A DNA stretch of 64,000 nt from assembly GCF_000143415.4 (NCBI RefSeq), contig NW_003314261.1, positions 4,986,360 to 5,050,359 of the forward strand, given 5' to 3'. Both the position numbers and the translations under genes were made by a program. The notes below the pieces were generated by a model. The model did not search any database and was not told the DNA's origin. It saw only the letters and a program-made list of their open reading frames with translations. The DNA comes from Selaginella moellendorffii. Taxonomy: Eukaryota > Plantae > Lycopodiophyta. Positions within the stretch are counted from its first letter, which is position 1, and every line of letters begins with the position of its first letter. This document shows positions 23,411 through 37,349 of this stretch, piece by piece.

Positions 23411-25825
23411 ATGTCTTCCGCCACTGCTACTGGCTGCGCTGTTGAAGATGGCGATGAGATTTCCAAGCTCTTGAGCTTCACTCATCCGGAGCTCCGGGGC
23501 GGAAGCAGGCCTTTGAAGCACAGCTTCTCGCCGAGGCAGATGAAAGTTCTTAACGCCATTTGTGACACTCTGGTGCCGTCGCTGCCCGTGGAAGCGAGCA
23601 AGCAAGACAATTCAGCCAAAGCGAAGTTTTTCGAGCTCTCAGCGTCCGAGTCAGGCATCGTTCCGGAGGTAAAATAACTTTTTCTGTTTCTTATGAAGCG
23701 CAGATTTGATTTCGACGTTTGACAACAGGTCGCTGGGATGATCTGCGCGTGGACGACTGCTCAGCAGTACTTTCTGATCTACATAGCTTTCCTGATGCTG
23801 TCCACTCGCCTGGGGACTCTTCTACTTGCGGGCTTCAGCTGCGTCACCACAGAGTTCCCGTTCGTGCAGCCTTTTCCCCTCCTGGAGCTCGGAAAACGCG
23901 AGAAGATCCTCCTCACCTGGTCTCGAAGCATCTTTCACAAGCTCCAGATGCTCTTCAAAGTCGTCAAGTGCTACACCCTCTTCAAGTTCTATTCCAGGGT
24001 CATGACACTGGTTTTCTTTCTACATCCTTGCTGATCCTTTCTTCTCCAGGCTGACAAGAAGGGACGAAACCCCGCGTGGAAGGCCATTGGCTACGAGGTC
24101 CCGGAGCCAGTCCTGGAACACCAAGAGCCGCTTCCAAGCCCTCTGGAGCGCAGGCTCGTGGATGCCAAAGCTCCAGACTTCCAGTCCCGGCTGGCGGAGC
24201 TGGGCTGCGCAATGCTGGACAACGTCGACCATCTAGAGGAAAGAAACGATCCTTCTACCGCCAGCGGCAAGGACTTCGGGATAAAATGCGACGTGGTGGT
24301 GGTAGGCTCTGGTTCCGGAGGCTCCGTCATAGCCGCGAGGCTCGCGCAGCAGGGATTCAAGGTGGTGGTGCTAGAGAAAGGTGGCTACTTTCCACGCCGG
24401 GGCCTCTCGCTGCTCGAAGGTCCGTCCATGAAGGCCATGTACGAGCAAAGTGGAGCTCTCACAACGGAGGATGGCTCGGTGATTCTCCTGGCCGGGACAA
24501 CTCTAGGCGGGGGCTCGGCCGTCAACTGGGCCGCATCGCTCAAAACTCCAAAACACGTGCTGGACGAGTGGACGTCCCTGGGGCTGGAGGACCGTTTCGG
24601 GGGGCCCGAGTACCAGCACGCGATGGAGGCCGTCTGCCAGAGGCTTGGCGTCCAGGACGTCTGTACGGAAGAGAGCTTCCAGAACCGGGTGCTGCGGCGG
24701 GGCTGTACGAAGAAGGGATATTCCGTGGGGGACATCCCGCGGAACGCCGCGCGGGATCATGGCTGCGGCTTCTGCGGGTTCGGCTGCCCGGCGGCCGCCG
24801 CGGTGAGGAAGCAATCGGCGTGTGACACATGGCTCTGCGACGCCGCCACGGCGGGCGCTGTGGTTGTGACGGGCTGCCGGGTGGACCGCATTCTCACCGC
24901 GCCGCAGGGTGGGCAGGGGGAGAGGTCGTACAGGGCCCGGGGTATATCCTCTCGGGCGGGGGAGGCTCGCTTCTACGTGGAGTCGCGCGTCACGGTGGCG
25001 GCGTGCGGCGCGCTCTTCACTCCGCCGCTGCTCCGCCGGAGCGGCGGACGGAACCCCCACATTGGCCGCCACCTGTCGGTGCACCCGGTGGTAGCGGCGT
25101 GGGGCTACTTCCCGCGGGAGGATATTCTGCCGGGCAACAGCTACACGGGCGGGATCATGACTGCCTTCTCCAGCGAGGCGGCGCGGTGGGACACCACGGG
25201 GTACGGCAGCATTCTAGAGACGCCATGTGTACACCCTGGCAATTATGCAGTGCTGGCGCCCTGGAGATCCGGCGTGGATGCCAAGCGCCAGATGCTCAGA
25301 TTCCCGCGGACGGCCACGATCATCGTCCTCAACCGCGACCGGGGCAGGGGGACCGTCGATGAGACGCCCGGCGGGAAGCTCATTTTGGAATATCCGCTCT
25401 GCTTCTCGGACAGGGAGAGCCTCGTGGAGGGGACCGAGCTCGCGGTGAGGGCGCTGGTGGCGGCCGGGGCGGAGGCGGTGGGATTACACTCCGTTGCTGG
25501 CGAGATCTTCTCGGTGGATCAATCTTGGACGCCTCTGCAGCGGGAGAAGGAACTGGAGATTTTCTTGAAGCGAGTGCTGGGGAGAATGTTTCAGAGGCTG
25601 TCCACGCCGATCATATCTGCCCATCAGATGGGAAGCTGCCGGATGGGCACAGATCAGCGCTGCTCGGTGGTAGATCCCAATTGCGAGAGCTGGGAGGTGG
25701 AGGGGCTGTTTGTGGGCGATGGTAGCGTCTTGCCCACTGCGTCGGGAGTGAATCCCATGATCACGATCCAGTCGATCGCTCATTCCACCGCCACTCGCAT
25801 CGCAAGATCTCTAGCAGCACGATGA
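23411..25825 (+). CDS. Long-chain fatty alcohol oxidase (GMC oxidoreductase), FAO-a; exons 23411-23668, 23729-23998, 24050-25825 (about 767 aa)
   Basis: ICDTLVPS, NPAWKAIGY, VVVGSGSGG (FAD binding), TLGGGSAVNW, CGFCGFGC, SAHQMGSCRMG and GVNPMITIQS. Confidence 0.95.
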
Positions 25826-26626
25826 AGAAGCCAAGTCACGCGGAAGTCAGCACTCCTCGCAATGGGTGCCTCGTTTTCTTCGCGATTAAAATGCCTCACA
25901 CCGATCACGCGGAGGATAGGACAATTGTTATTTAATCAGGATGATATTTTTCAATCAAGCTGCCAAACACCATGGATCTGCTGAAATGGAACTTTACATT
26001 GTTTGGGACACACAAATAGAGATCCTTCACAAAGGTTTCATTGCTGCCGTTGCATTCCTGGGGCACCTCGCAAATCCGAATTGTTGGAGCATATTAATCT
26101 GTGGATCCAGCAGCAGCTGCAAAGAGGCGAAGTTATTGAGGAGCTTTTTCTCGCGGAACTCCTTTGCAAAGAATATTAGATGATCATGCTTGAGCCCGAG
26201 GAATCAACATCGCCATCATTGAGGACGATTCCCAATGCCATCTCGGCTCGAGGAAGGCATCCGGCCTCCTGCGAGCCAAATATCCCTCCACCAGCCCAGT
26301 CGTCTGCAAGCGTGGTGATGAGCTTGTGGTCGGGATGGCAGGCGTTATTGGAAGGAATTATTAAAACTCTTTCAGGGCCAAGAGGTGCTCTATAGCTGGA
26401 AGTTTGTCCAAGATGATTGTCCTGCTATTGCAATGGGCTAGCAAGTAGCCAGTGGATGAAAGGAGTATCAATTTTTTAGTCTGGCCAGATCCCAGGTGGA
26501 GTTTGTTATATATACATGTGTTCTATATACATATTACTTTGTCTAAGTAATACTTTAATTATAATATTATAGTATATGAACCATTCATTTAAGATTGAAT
26601 TTGGTCTAATTCCCATCCGCATTCAC

Positions 26627-26924
<298 letters not shown>

Positions 26925-26926
<2 letters not shown>

Positions 26927-29900
26927 AGGTTATGATGCTATATACTAAAATTAGCATAATGGGATTTTGGTTTAGATATAACTTTTGCATTATCTAAATC
27001 TCCTTTTCCTTATAACTTCTTTTCTTTTGTTTTTTTCTTTTTATTCATTTTTATGGTAGAGCAATAACCTTTTCCTCCTTTGACTTTGGAGAAATAATTG
27101 GTGTAGTTGCTTGATGCTATGTGGTTGCAGTTGAATTATTGAACTTAGTTGCTAATAGCATTCACAATGTATAGTATAACTCCTCTTGCTCTTGCTACCA
27201 ATCCTCATATCTAACCAAAGTTCTTCCATGGGAATCCTAGGGATGATATATACCATAGGTTTAACTACTTTACAGTAACTGTTACATATTATTTTTGGGA
27301 TGATACTCGGCATTTGTGTGAGTTTCCCACATGTCTCCAAGGGATGACACTATAGTGGTACAATGGTTTGAGTGCAGCCATTCCCAAACATCTTCAAATG
27401 CACATTTAAATATGTTGATGATTGTGATAATGCCTTCTAACAATTATATCATCTTTGTCAAGAGCTATCTGAGTTAGTGATACAATTTAGCATTTGTTTC
27501 CAAAGCCTTTTGCTTCGTGTGGAGATAAATATGTTAAAGTGAATCAAGTTAAGAATATTGTGGCTAGCACTTTATCAAAATTTTGTAGAATTTATGTATA
27601 CACTTGCTCCAACCACCTTTGATGATGCTCGTTGTTTGACAAAATATTATGAGACATTGTTTCTTCCACTTCTCACTACACTTCCTTGAGTTTCACTTTT
27701 TATGAGAGATGGTTTTATTCTAATGGAGGTTGATGTTGCTGCTACCCGAGTTTAAGGATAAGGGCAAGAACATAGTTATGGCTATGATGTCTACTATTAT
27801 ATGAGTGATGAAGTTAATCACACTTATCAGCATTATTGGCATTTTCCGGATTGGCAATCTCTATTTTCTAGGTGGAAACCTTGGCATCAATAACGTCCTA
27901 TTGGTGTTATTATAGTGGAAGGTCTAAATACTAAAATGTTTTTAGGAAATGAGGAGTCACATGAGTAGTGGAGAGTCTTGTGTAAATAAGTCATTGACCC
28001 CTCTATCTTTCTTTTAAGAGTATCATTAAGGGGTTCATTCGGTACCTTACTTTCCAAACTTGTTTTTATAACAAAAGGTTTTTTATTATTTTCTCTGTGT
28101 TGGTTGATATAGGATTGATTTTATCTTTTATTGCTCAGTCTATTACTATATATTGTTGTTTACATTTGTGTCATGCAGCAGAGTCAGTTTTCATTTTTTA
28201 TGGCAATGGCTATACATGTGCATATGTATAAGATAAGGCAAACCTAATTGTGTATGTGCATGATCTTAAGCTTGAATTGTAATCATTGTGAGTAGTGCCG
28301 AGTCAAGTTTTTTACTTTATCCTTAGTATAAATTGGTTGTAGCGCAATCATGCCAAATGTGACTTTAAAGTTTCTTTCCTTTATCTCATATTTCTTTATA
28401 TTTCTTCTATTCCTTTTACTTTTGTTCGTTTTTGTTCCTTTGCTTCTACTTTTATTTCTATCACTTTTGTCTCCCCATTACTTCCTCCTATGTTTCTATT
28501 TTACTTCTCTATTCCCTTTTCTGATCCCTTCAATAGTCTTTGTGTTGCAGCAGTTGATTAACTCATGAAGGAGCATATTGATCTCTTTGAATTTAACCTA
28601 TCATCTAGGGCCAAGATTACAACATGTCATCCTATTTCAATTAGAGGTGCTTATTTAATCAAGGTTTCTACTCATTATCAATCGCCCAAGGAGATCAAGA
28701 TTTTACATATAAACATCAAGGAAATGTTGGAGAAGGTGTTATTTGAAATTCACAAAGTCCTTGAGTGTGTAAACCTCATTTTATCATGAAGTTTGATAAA
28801 AGTATTCATTTTTGCATCAATTATCAACCATTAAACAAAATGACTATCCCAAATGAGTATCTTCTTCTTCATACTAATTTTCTAGATCATTTGGGGAGAA
28901 ATCATTGGTTCATCAAGTTATATTTTGCTTTTGGGTATTGGCAAGTATCAATTGTTGACAAAAATGTTCCCAAGATAACTTTTGTATAAATTCTTGGTGA
29001 TGTTGTTCCGTTTGAACAATGTTTTAGTGACTTTCTAGTGGATGATGGATGAGGTTCTTTATGATATACCAGAGGTGACTATTGACTTTATTAATGATGT
29101 TTTGATCCACTCAAAGGGGTTGTAGAAGGAGCATATTCATGATGTTCAAAAGGTGTTGAATTGGTTATAGGAAGTTGGTTTAAAGTTAAAATGATTAAAA
29201 TGCATATTTAGGTCTAAGAACACAATTTATCTTAGGTACCATATTCCTTATAAAAATTTGTAAGTTAATGTTGACAAACTTATGGTTATTTTAAAGTTCC
29301 CTACTCTAAAGTGTGTGAATAATATGTTACACTTCCTAAGCAAGATGCAATATCTCAATTTTTTTATTAATAATCTTTTTGATTGCCTGATACTGTTGTG
29401 AGTATTGTTAAAGTTAACATCATTTTTTATCTAGTCTAAAGGCTACATATAGACATTTATAGATTTCAAAGAGTTATTAATAACTCCTCTAGTTTTGGTG
29501 TATTCTAACTACAATTAACCTTTCATTTTGCATGTGGATGCTTCTATTATCAGTCTTGAAACTATATTGATACAAGAGAGCCTAAATGTGCTTGGTCAAA
29601 GCCATCCCATTGCATACATCAGCTATACATTATAATCAGTGGAGGTGCACTATTCCACAATAAAGAAGGAGTGTATATCAGTAGTTTACGGTTTTGAGAA
29701 ATTTCATACATATCTATATAGCACTCAGACATTATTAGAAGTTACAATTATTTTATTATTGAAGCAAATGAACTTAGTTAGTTGTATTGTTGGCTTTGAA
29801 GCTTCAAATGTATGATTTTGATATTGTTCATCAGTCGGGGAGTTTTATAGTTGATATTGATACCCATTCTCGAACTCTTATTCCTTCTTCACTCTCTTCA

Positions 29901-31175
29901 CATATTTTTGACAAAGCTATTATTCTAGAATCTTTAGATTTTTAGGAGGAAGATTTCATACCATTGGCAGTTGTTGTACTTCATGTTTAGTGTAAATAAG
30001 ATGCAAAACAAATTTACCTTCTCTTGATAAAGTTCATGAGGCTTAAAAAGTTGAGCCATGGATTTAAAAGTTTTGTGATGGGTTTGAGAATTTTGTATCA
30101 CGTGCTGATAACTTGCCATTTTGGCATTTACATTCTCAATATTGTTTTGAGGAAGACTTTTTTTATTTTATGGGGATGGATCTTGATTATCATTTATGGC
30201 TAGTGGTGCCTTCAATATTTATTCCATGCTTTCTCCATGCCTACCATAATTTTTTTATTCTAGGTGGCTATATGGGACATTGTTATATGATTGAGAAGCT
30301 ATATAGGTCTTTTTATTAGCCAAAGATGCAACATAATATTATCAAGTATGTGAGTAATTGTATTTGATGCCAAGTTTATAATACTCCCCCTTGTGCTGCG
30401 AAAAGATAGTTGAAGTTAATTGTAGTTTCCTATTTGTTTGAGTTCGTGGTATTTGATTTAATAGGGCCTTTTCCACGGTCAACTATTGGCAATAAGTATA
30501 TCATTATTACTTCTGATTACTTGACTCACTAGGTAGAAGTTAATGCTTTTACAAGTGTATCTATAGCTACTATTTGATACTTCATCTTCAATCGAGTGAT
30601 GTTTCAATATCTTTGTTCAAAACAAATTCTCTCAGATAATAGTTTCACATTTATAGATTACATCAAGACCAGTTTGGGCTGCGCGACCGCCACATTTTCA
30701 CAGGGGTATATCATCCACAAATGGATGGTTTAGTGGAACAGTTTGTTTAGACCTTCAAAGGGATAATCATGAAGTACGTGAACTTTTAGTATTTAGATTA
30801 GGATGGTTATTTGTCATCTCTTTGGTATACATATATCATAAGGGAGCAGAATTCTATTGGTGCTTCACTATATAAACTCTTATATGGTCATAATTTTATA
30901 TTACCAACATAGTTGAGTTTACCTTTGCGATTGTTATGAGCTGTTGGTATTAGGTTCTAGGATCAATATTTGGTGAGCATTCTTCCACTAGTCTGAGTAA
31001 AGTTTATTGAACACTTGGGCCGCATACAAGTGGGACAACAATGACATTACAACTCCCATCATCATCCACTTGCAGAATATAAAATAGATGTCAGAGAAGA
31101 GGGGATGATATAAGGTCTAAGTGTATAGCTATAATGCCATATACTAATATTAGCATAGTTTGATTTTGATTTTTG
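26925..31175 (+). mobile_element. Degenerate Ty3/gypsy LTR retrotransposon, family B copy 1 (both LTRs truncated)
   Basis: Decayed RT (FCINYQPLNKMT; WFIKLYFAFGYWQV), RNase H and integrase. PPT GAGAAGAGGGGA precedes an LTR start at 31109. Colinear with copy 3. Confidence 0.85.
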
Positions 31176-31224
31176 AATGTATATGTATGTATGTATGTAT
31201 ATATATATATAATATATAGTATAT

Positions 31225-33200
31225 TATCACTGTGAATTTTTAAAACTTTGGGGGATAAATAAGGATAAAATAGTTACTAATGGCTTTGTCATCAAGCAAT
31301 TGCCCCTCAACATCTCTTTGACGTTTGTGCATAAAATTTTGATTTCTTTAGATGATTGATGACAAATAAAAACCTTGATTAAAAAAGCATTTCTAATTTG
31401 AATAAGATGACGTGTTGCAATCTTGGCTCTAGACAATAGGTCAAATTCAAAGAGATCAGCATACTTTTTTATGAGCCGATCAACAGTTGTAACATGAGCA
31501 TCTCTAGTTGTATAGAATGACGTATTGCAATTTTGCTAGATGACAAGTCAAATTCAAAGAGATTAGAGCCGATTAACCACTACAACACAAAGATTGTTAA
31601 ATGGATCTGAAAAAGGAATAGAAGAATAAGCCGAAAGTAAAGGAGGAAGTAATGGGGAGATAAAAGTAATGGAAGAACTAGAAGAACGAAATTGAATAAA
31701 AGTGAAAAGAATAGAAAAAATATAAGGAAATATGGAACAAGGGGGAAAGCCTCAAACACACTTGGCATGTTTACACCCTAACCAATTCATATCAAGGATA
31801 ATGTCAAAAACTTGACTTGGCACCACCTACAACAATTGAAGCTCAAGCTAGAGATCACCCACAAACACAATTAGATCTACCTCATGTCATGCATATGTAT
31901 ATATACGGCTATTGCTATAAAGAATAAAAACTAACTTTATCATATAATGTAAATATAGATGGCAATATGTGGCAATAAGTTGAGTAATAAAAGATAATCC
32001 CAAAAACTTGTATCAACTAATACATAGAGAATAATAGAAAACCTCTTATTATAAAAATGAGCTTGGAAAGTAAACACTGGATGAATTGATGTTAAGTGAA
32101 CCCCTTAATAATTCTAATGAAAGAAGGATGGAGGGGTACTAATTTATTCATGCAAGGACCCTCAACTACTTGCATAGCTTTTTGTTTCCTAAAAGAATCT
32201 CAATGTCCAAACCTTCCACTGCAATAGCATTAGTAGGACATTGTTGATGCTAAAGCCTCTATTTAAGAAATGGAGAATGCTAATCCAGAAAAATGCTGAT
32301 AATGTTGATGGCCAATTGTATCACACACCCAACAGTAGACATCATGCCTATGACCATGTCTTCACCCTTGTTTTTGAACATGAGCAACACTAATATCGAC
32401 TTTGATCAGAACATAATAATCTCTCGTAGAAAGTGGAGCTGAAGAATGTATAGCAAGAAGTGGAAGAAGCGATATCTCATAATGTTATGTTAGTTGAAGA
32501 GCATCATTAAGGGTGGTTGAAGTAAGTTAATGTATAAGTCCCATAAGATCTTGACAAAGTGATAACCACAACATTCCCAACTTGATTTACTTCAATATAT
32601 TTGGTTTTACACAAAGCAAGAGACTCCAAAAGTAAATGCCAAATTGCATCATTAGCTCAAATAGCCCTTGATGAAAATGATGTAATTGTTGGAAGGCATT
32701 GTCACAATCATCATGTCTAAATATATGGTTGAAAATATTTGGGAGAATGCTCCAATGCACACGAGTGGCTACACACAAATGATTGTACCATTGTAATGTT
32801 GTCTCTTGGAAGCACATGGAAAACTCACCCAAATGTTGAGTATCATCCCAAGAATGATAGGTAGCAATCACTATAAAGTGATTGAACTAATAATACACAT
32901 CATCCTCAAGATTCCCATAGAAGAACTCCGGACAGACGCAAGGATTAGCAACAAAAGTAGCAAAAGTTGTACTATGCACCATGAATATCGCCATCAACTA
33001 AGTCTAATTGTTCAATTACAACCATATATCATCAAGAAACTACACTAACTCAAAAGTCATAGGAGGAGGAGGCCACTGATTTACCATGGAGATGAATGAA
33101 GAAAAAAAAAAAACAAAAGAGAAGAAATTGAAAAGGCTAAAAAGAAAGTGAGATCTAAATAATGTAATCTAAACTGTAGATCATAGCCACACATACACAC
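31225..33200 (-). mobile_element. Family B copy 2: leader, gag, protease and start of RT, inverted relative to copy 1
   Basis: The reverse complement aligns to about 26970-28760 (for example WDDT.HL..F and HQSSKEIKIL). Small internal duplication at about 31405-31580. Confidence 0.85.
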
Positions 33201-34783
33201 ACACGAGTTTAAACCCCAATTAATATATTTATTTCATGAAGGTGTATATTTTCTTTAGGGAGCAAGGCTTTTTAACAATGCTTTACTTTAATTTTTAAGA
33301 TTATATTGTTGATTTTTTATTCTTTTGTTCTTCTTTAGATTTAGATTTATTTGCTAGATTTAGAATTCTAATGTAGCACATCTGAATTTGAAGCCAAATT
33401 CCAAGCTCATTACACTACGAAACAAAGGTCTAGTACACTCTCCATCCTATAAACACTAGCTCCCTGTATCTAGCATTTGTATGCAAATCAGTGTCAAATG
33501 GTGTTTGGCACGATTTTGGTATATTAGTGGCTTAACATAAAAAGGAGGGTACCCCACCAACTAGAGTAGCATAAACTTTGGGCTTAGATGCAAGTCGAAA
33601 ACAGAACAAGGAACAACATAGCTCAGTGAAAGCTAAATTAATGCCTTAGGTGGTTGGACACGCATTCTAACTACTATCCCCACTATACATTTGGAACCCC
33701 CTATAGCCCCCTTGAGGAACACACACTTTCACCCTTAGTTTGCTTTAGTAACAAGAGTTAATCTTTGGGACAAGTGTGAAAACTTACTAAATATGAAATG
33801 GTGCTAAATTGCAAATTAGGGAGCAAGAACAACATTACATTTTCTACATTCTGTAAATATGCCTCCTAGGCGGATCTAGACACTTATCATAAATAAAATA
33901 TGGATCTAGAACGGAACCAACACATGATTTTGGCAGACACGATAAACTACCATATAACAATATTAAAGGACTAAACTCAATATCATGGGAGTTTTTGCCA
34001 AGCTAGTGCAAAATAGAGCAAAAAAAAAATAATAAGCTGGGCCAAGTATACTTGGCTAGATAGACATTTAGGAATTCCTTCCTTATGCTCATCTAGCCAA
34101 ATATAGATGTTAAGTCTAGTTACTATCACTTGAATAAAAAGGGTTATAAAGGGGAACAGTAGTATTGACCTCTTGTTGTCATGGCAATGAAGAAAGAGTG
34201 TCCATAATAAGGATTAATCGATAAATATCTTTAGATACCCAAAGTCATATTCGCAACATCTAGGTATTACTATATTTAGATATATTCATTCTTTTTTATT
34301 TTTATGCCACAACATTGTCAATTAAGAGGGGTGTTGTTCAAGGATATAAATGTTGCTCTATTGTCCTTATCTGGCAATATTGTTCTTGATATCAAGTTTT
34401 TAGTGTTGTAAAGTGTGATTTTGTTGATGCTGCTCCAATCTTTAGTTTGTTATTATCTCTAGCTTCTATGAGATGGAATTACAATATCTTTTGTTCTTGA
34501 TGTCTTATCATGTTTTATTGATGTGAAATGTGATCATGATCACAGATTGGAGAGTTATAGATGATATATATTTGAAAATCAAGCCTTTAGAGGACAAGGT
34601 TTATGAGGTCAAGTGGATTTTTAATTAGAATGAGAAATTTGATTGTTTTGAAGATAACTTTAGAGATGAGTTAGAGATGTTATGGGGCAAGTATCAACCA
34701 TTTCATTTGTAGTACTTTCTTCTTCTTTCACATTATTTAATCGATTTTTATAATTGTTATTCTCAATTTAGTAGAGTTAAGTG

Positions 34784-34883
34784 NNNNNNNNNNNNNNNNN
34801 NNNNNNNNNNNNNNNNNNNNNNNNNNNNNNNNNNNNNNNNNNNNNNNNNNNNNNNNNNNNNNNNNNNNNNNNNNNNNNNNNNN
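34784..34883. other. Assembly gap (100 N)
   Basis: Run of N. Confidence 1.
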
Positions 34884-35419
34884 TAATTTTTTAGAAGTAT
34901 TTATTCTATTTGTCACTTCATTATTAAGGTTGGAATCTTATTTGTCCCCTCTATTCCTCCAAAGAAAAATAAAGTATGAAACATTGAAGGAGAAAATAAG
35001 ATACATTGAAAGAAGAATATTATGGAAAAGAAAAAAGTGGATAAAAAAGTATGGAAAAAATAATTTTTAAGTATATACCACTGTAGAGGTGGGAAACCAG
35101 AAGAAGAGTTTGTACTAGGGGTTTAGAATGAAAAAAAACCTCCTATTATAAAAGACTTCTTATGAGTAGAAAAGTTAAATAGTAGAGGACATTTTATTTC
35201 AGTTAAAACTAGATAAATAAGAGACTCCATATGCTCAACCTCTTTGATATCAAATTTAACACTTGAGACTTGAAAATAAAAGGAAAACCTTTCACTCTCA
35301 AGGAAATGAAAGAACTCTTATAGAAATTGTAATATAATATCTCTCAATTGTAATATAATGCTCATTCATATTAGGTAAAATATATTTAACCCAAAATTCT
35401 TACAAAATTTATTTAATCT

Positions 35420-36610
35420 TTGAAATAAGGCACAAGATTCTAAAGAAATGATCAAAATAGAAAACACAATAAGCATAATATATTTTGATCAAAAGCTCCA
35501 ACTCTGAAAGTCAAGAGTGGGAAAAAAAACTCCCAAAGAATTGCTTGAAGAACAAGTATGAATTAATAAGTGAATCTCTAAAAAGGATAAAAGAATGATT
35601 GATATGTGGAAGTATTAAAATTGAATTTGCAATCAAATCCATAACAATTGAGTCTAAGACCAAGTTCAAAATAAAGTCCAAAATGGAGTTTAAAACTAAG
35701 TTACAAATGGAGTTTGAGACTAAGTTAGAAATGAATTTTGAGAGTGAAACCAAGACCAAATCTAAATGTAAGACCAAATCCAAGATTGAGTCCTAATCTA
35801 AGGAATGAAAGCCTAAAGTGATCATCTCTTAGACCCTAGAGGGTTTAGTAAATTTCTACGAGATAGTAGAAAAAAGGTCTTCAGAGAAACAAATGTGACT
35901 AAAGAAGGTTATACTTATGTAGTGAGTGATAATATGAATACTAAGGAATCTAAAACTAAAGTGAACATAGATGGATAAATAAAGTAATTTAGTGAAATAT
36001 TTAAGAGCCAACTTTAGCTTTTTTAGGAGATCGAATAGTTAATATTCCCAATCTAAGTGTGAGTGGCACTATGGATACTTTATGTGGCTCATTAAAACCT
36101 TGTTTTAGACACATGGCTAAGTGGTAGAAGGTGGGGGAGTACCCACAATGTTTGTGTTGGGTTATGGTGTTTTAAAATATCATCTCAAAATCCTTGATAG
36201 TGGAAATAAAAAGAAATAATTCTCTTGCTTAGTAAAGGTATAATTACATGGTAAGAAAGTCTTAGAAGTCAATATTTAAGACCTAAACCAATGGTGGTGT
36301 TGGTGAGCATTGTTGTGGTTAGAGAAGGACTTAGTAGGGATCAAAGAAAAGATATTAAAAGATAGTGTTTCTTTATATCGTGGGGCATTCTAAAGATGTT
36401 ATGAAGTGTTTATGGAATGACTAGTTATGGACTAGATGGTTTGGTTTGGAAGAGTTGAGTCTGTTGTATAAATGATTTTAAACTACTATGAAGATGTACA
36501 TGGCTTTAGTATAAAAGGTTAATTGTAATACTTTTAGGTGTCTAAAATGGGATTGAACACATAGAGCATTTGTACCAAATGTGAAGTTGGCATGGCTTTA
36601 AGTTCATCTA
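35420..36610 (+). mobile_element. Degenerate repeat family C with a Lys/Thr/Glu/Ser-repeat ORF remnant
   Basis: Homologous to the reverse complement of about 54790-55755 plus 61268-61450. Shared strings include GGATAAAAGAATGATT and GAGTGGCACTAT. Confidence 0.7.
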
Positions 36611-37349
36611 TACCTTTAATCACTTGGAAGAATTTCACTCATAACTTTTATACATCTTCATCCCAACTTAAGTAAAATAAATTTAGTCACTTATAATTGG
36701 TTTGAACATCTTATAGATGATCAAAGAGTTATAGTTTATTTCCTAAGATTTTGTAGTTGGCTTATATTTATGCCATTACTTTAGGTTCTATTTCTATCAT
36801 ACTTTTCAATAATTATATTACATGTTCTGATGAGAGTTTTAGATTCTTGTATGAGTGCTTAACAGCTTTATTGAAGCTCCAAATATTTTACTAAATTTAA
36901 CTTCTTCAAGATTTTTCAGCTTTTTAAAGGGATATTTATAAACATATATAAATCTACTAGGTAATATGCTAATTATAGTACCATAGTATATAGATAATTC
37001 ATTTGTTGTCCATCCATTTTTTTATATAAGCAAGAGTCTAAACCCTAATTAATATATTTATTACTACACTTTAATGTAGTCACAAATATAGCTATATAAA
37101 ATTCAAAATATTATAAACAATGAAATTATATTTACTAAGTCAATGCACACATTACTTTGTCAAACACTTCAAATGACATTGTTATATTATCAGGATAGGA
37201 TATGATATATGTACTTTCTATTTAAATACTTCAAATTTATAACATTCATCCTCAAATTTAAAGTTTTTAAAATAAAGAAACTATTAATTCATGTAAAATT
37301 ATTATAAATATACAATAGATACTAATTGTAATTTTATAACATAGTTATT

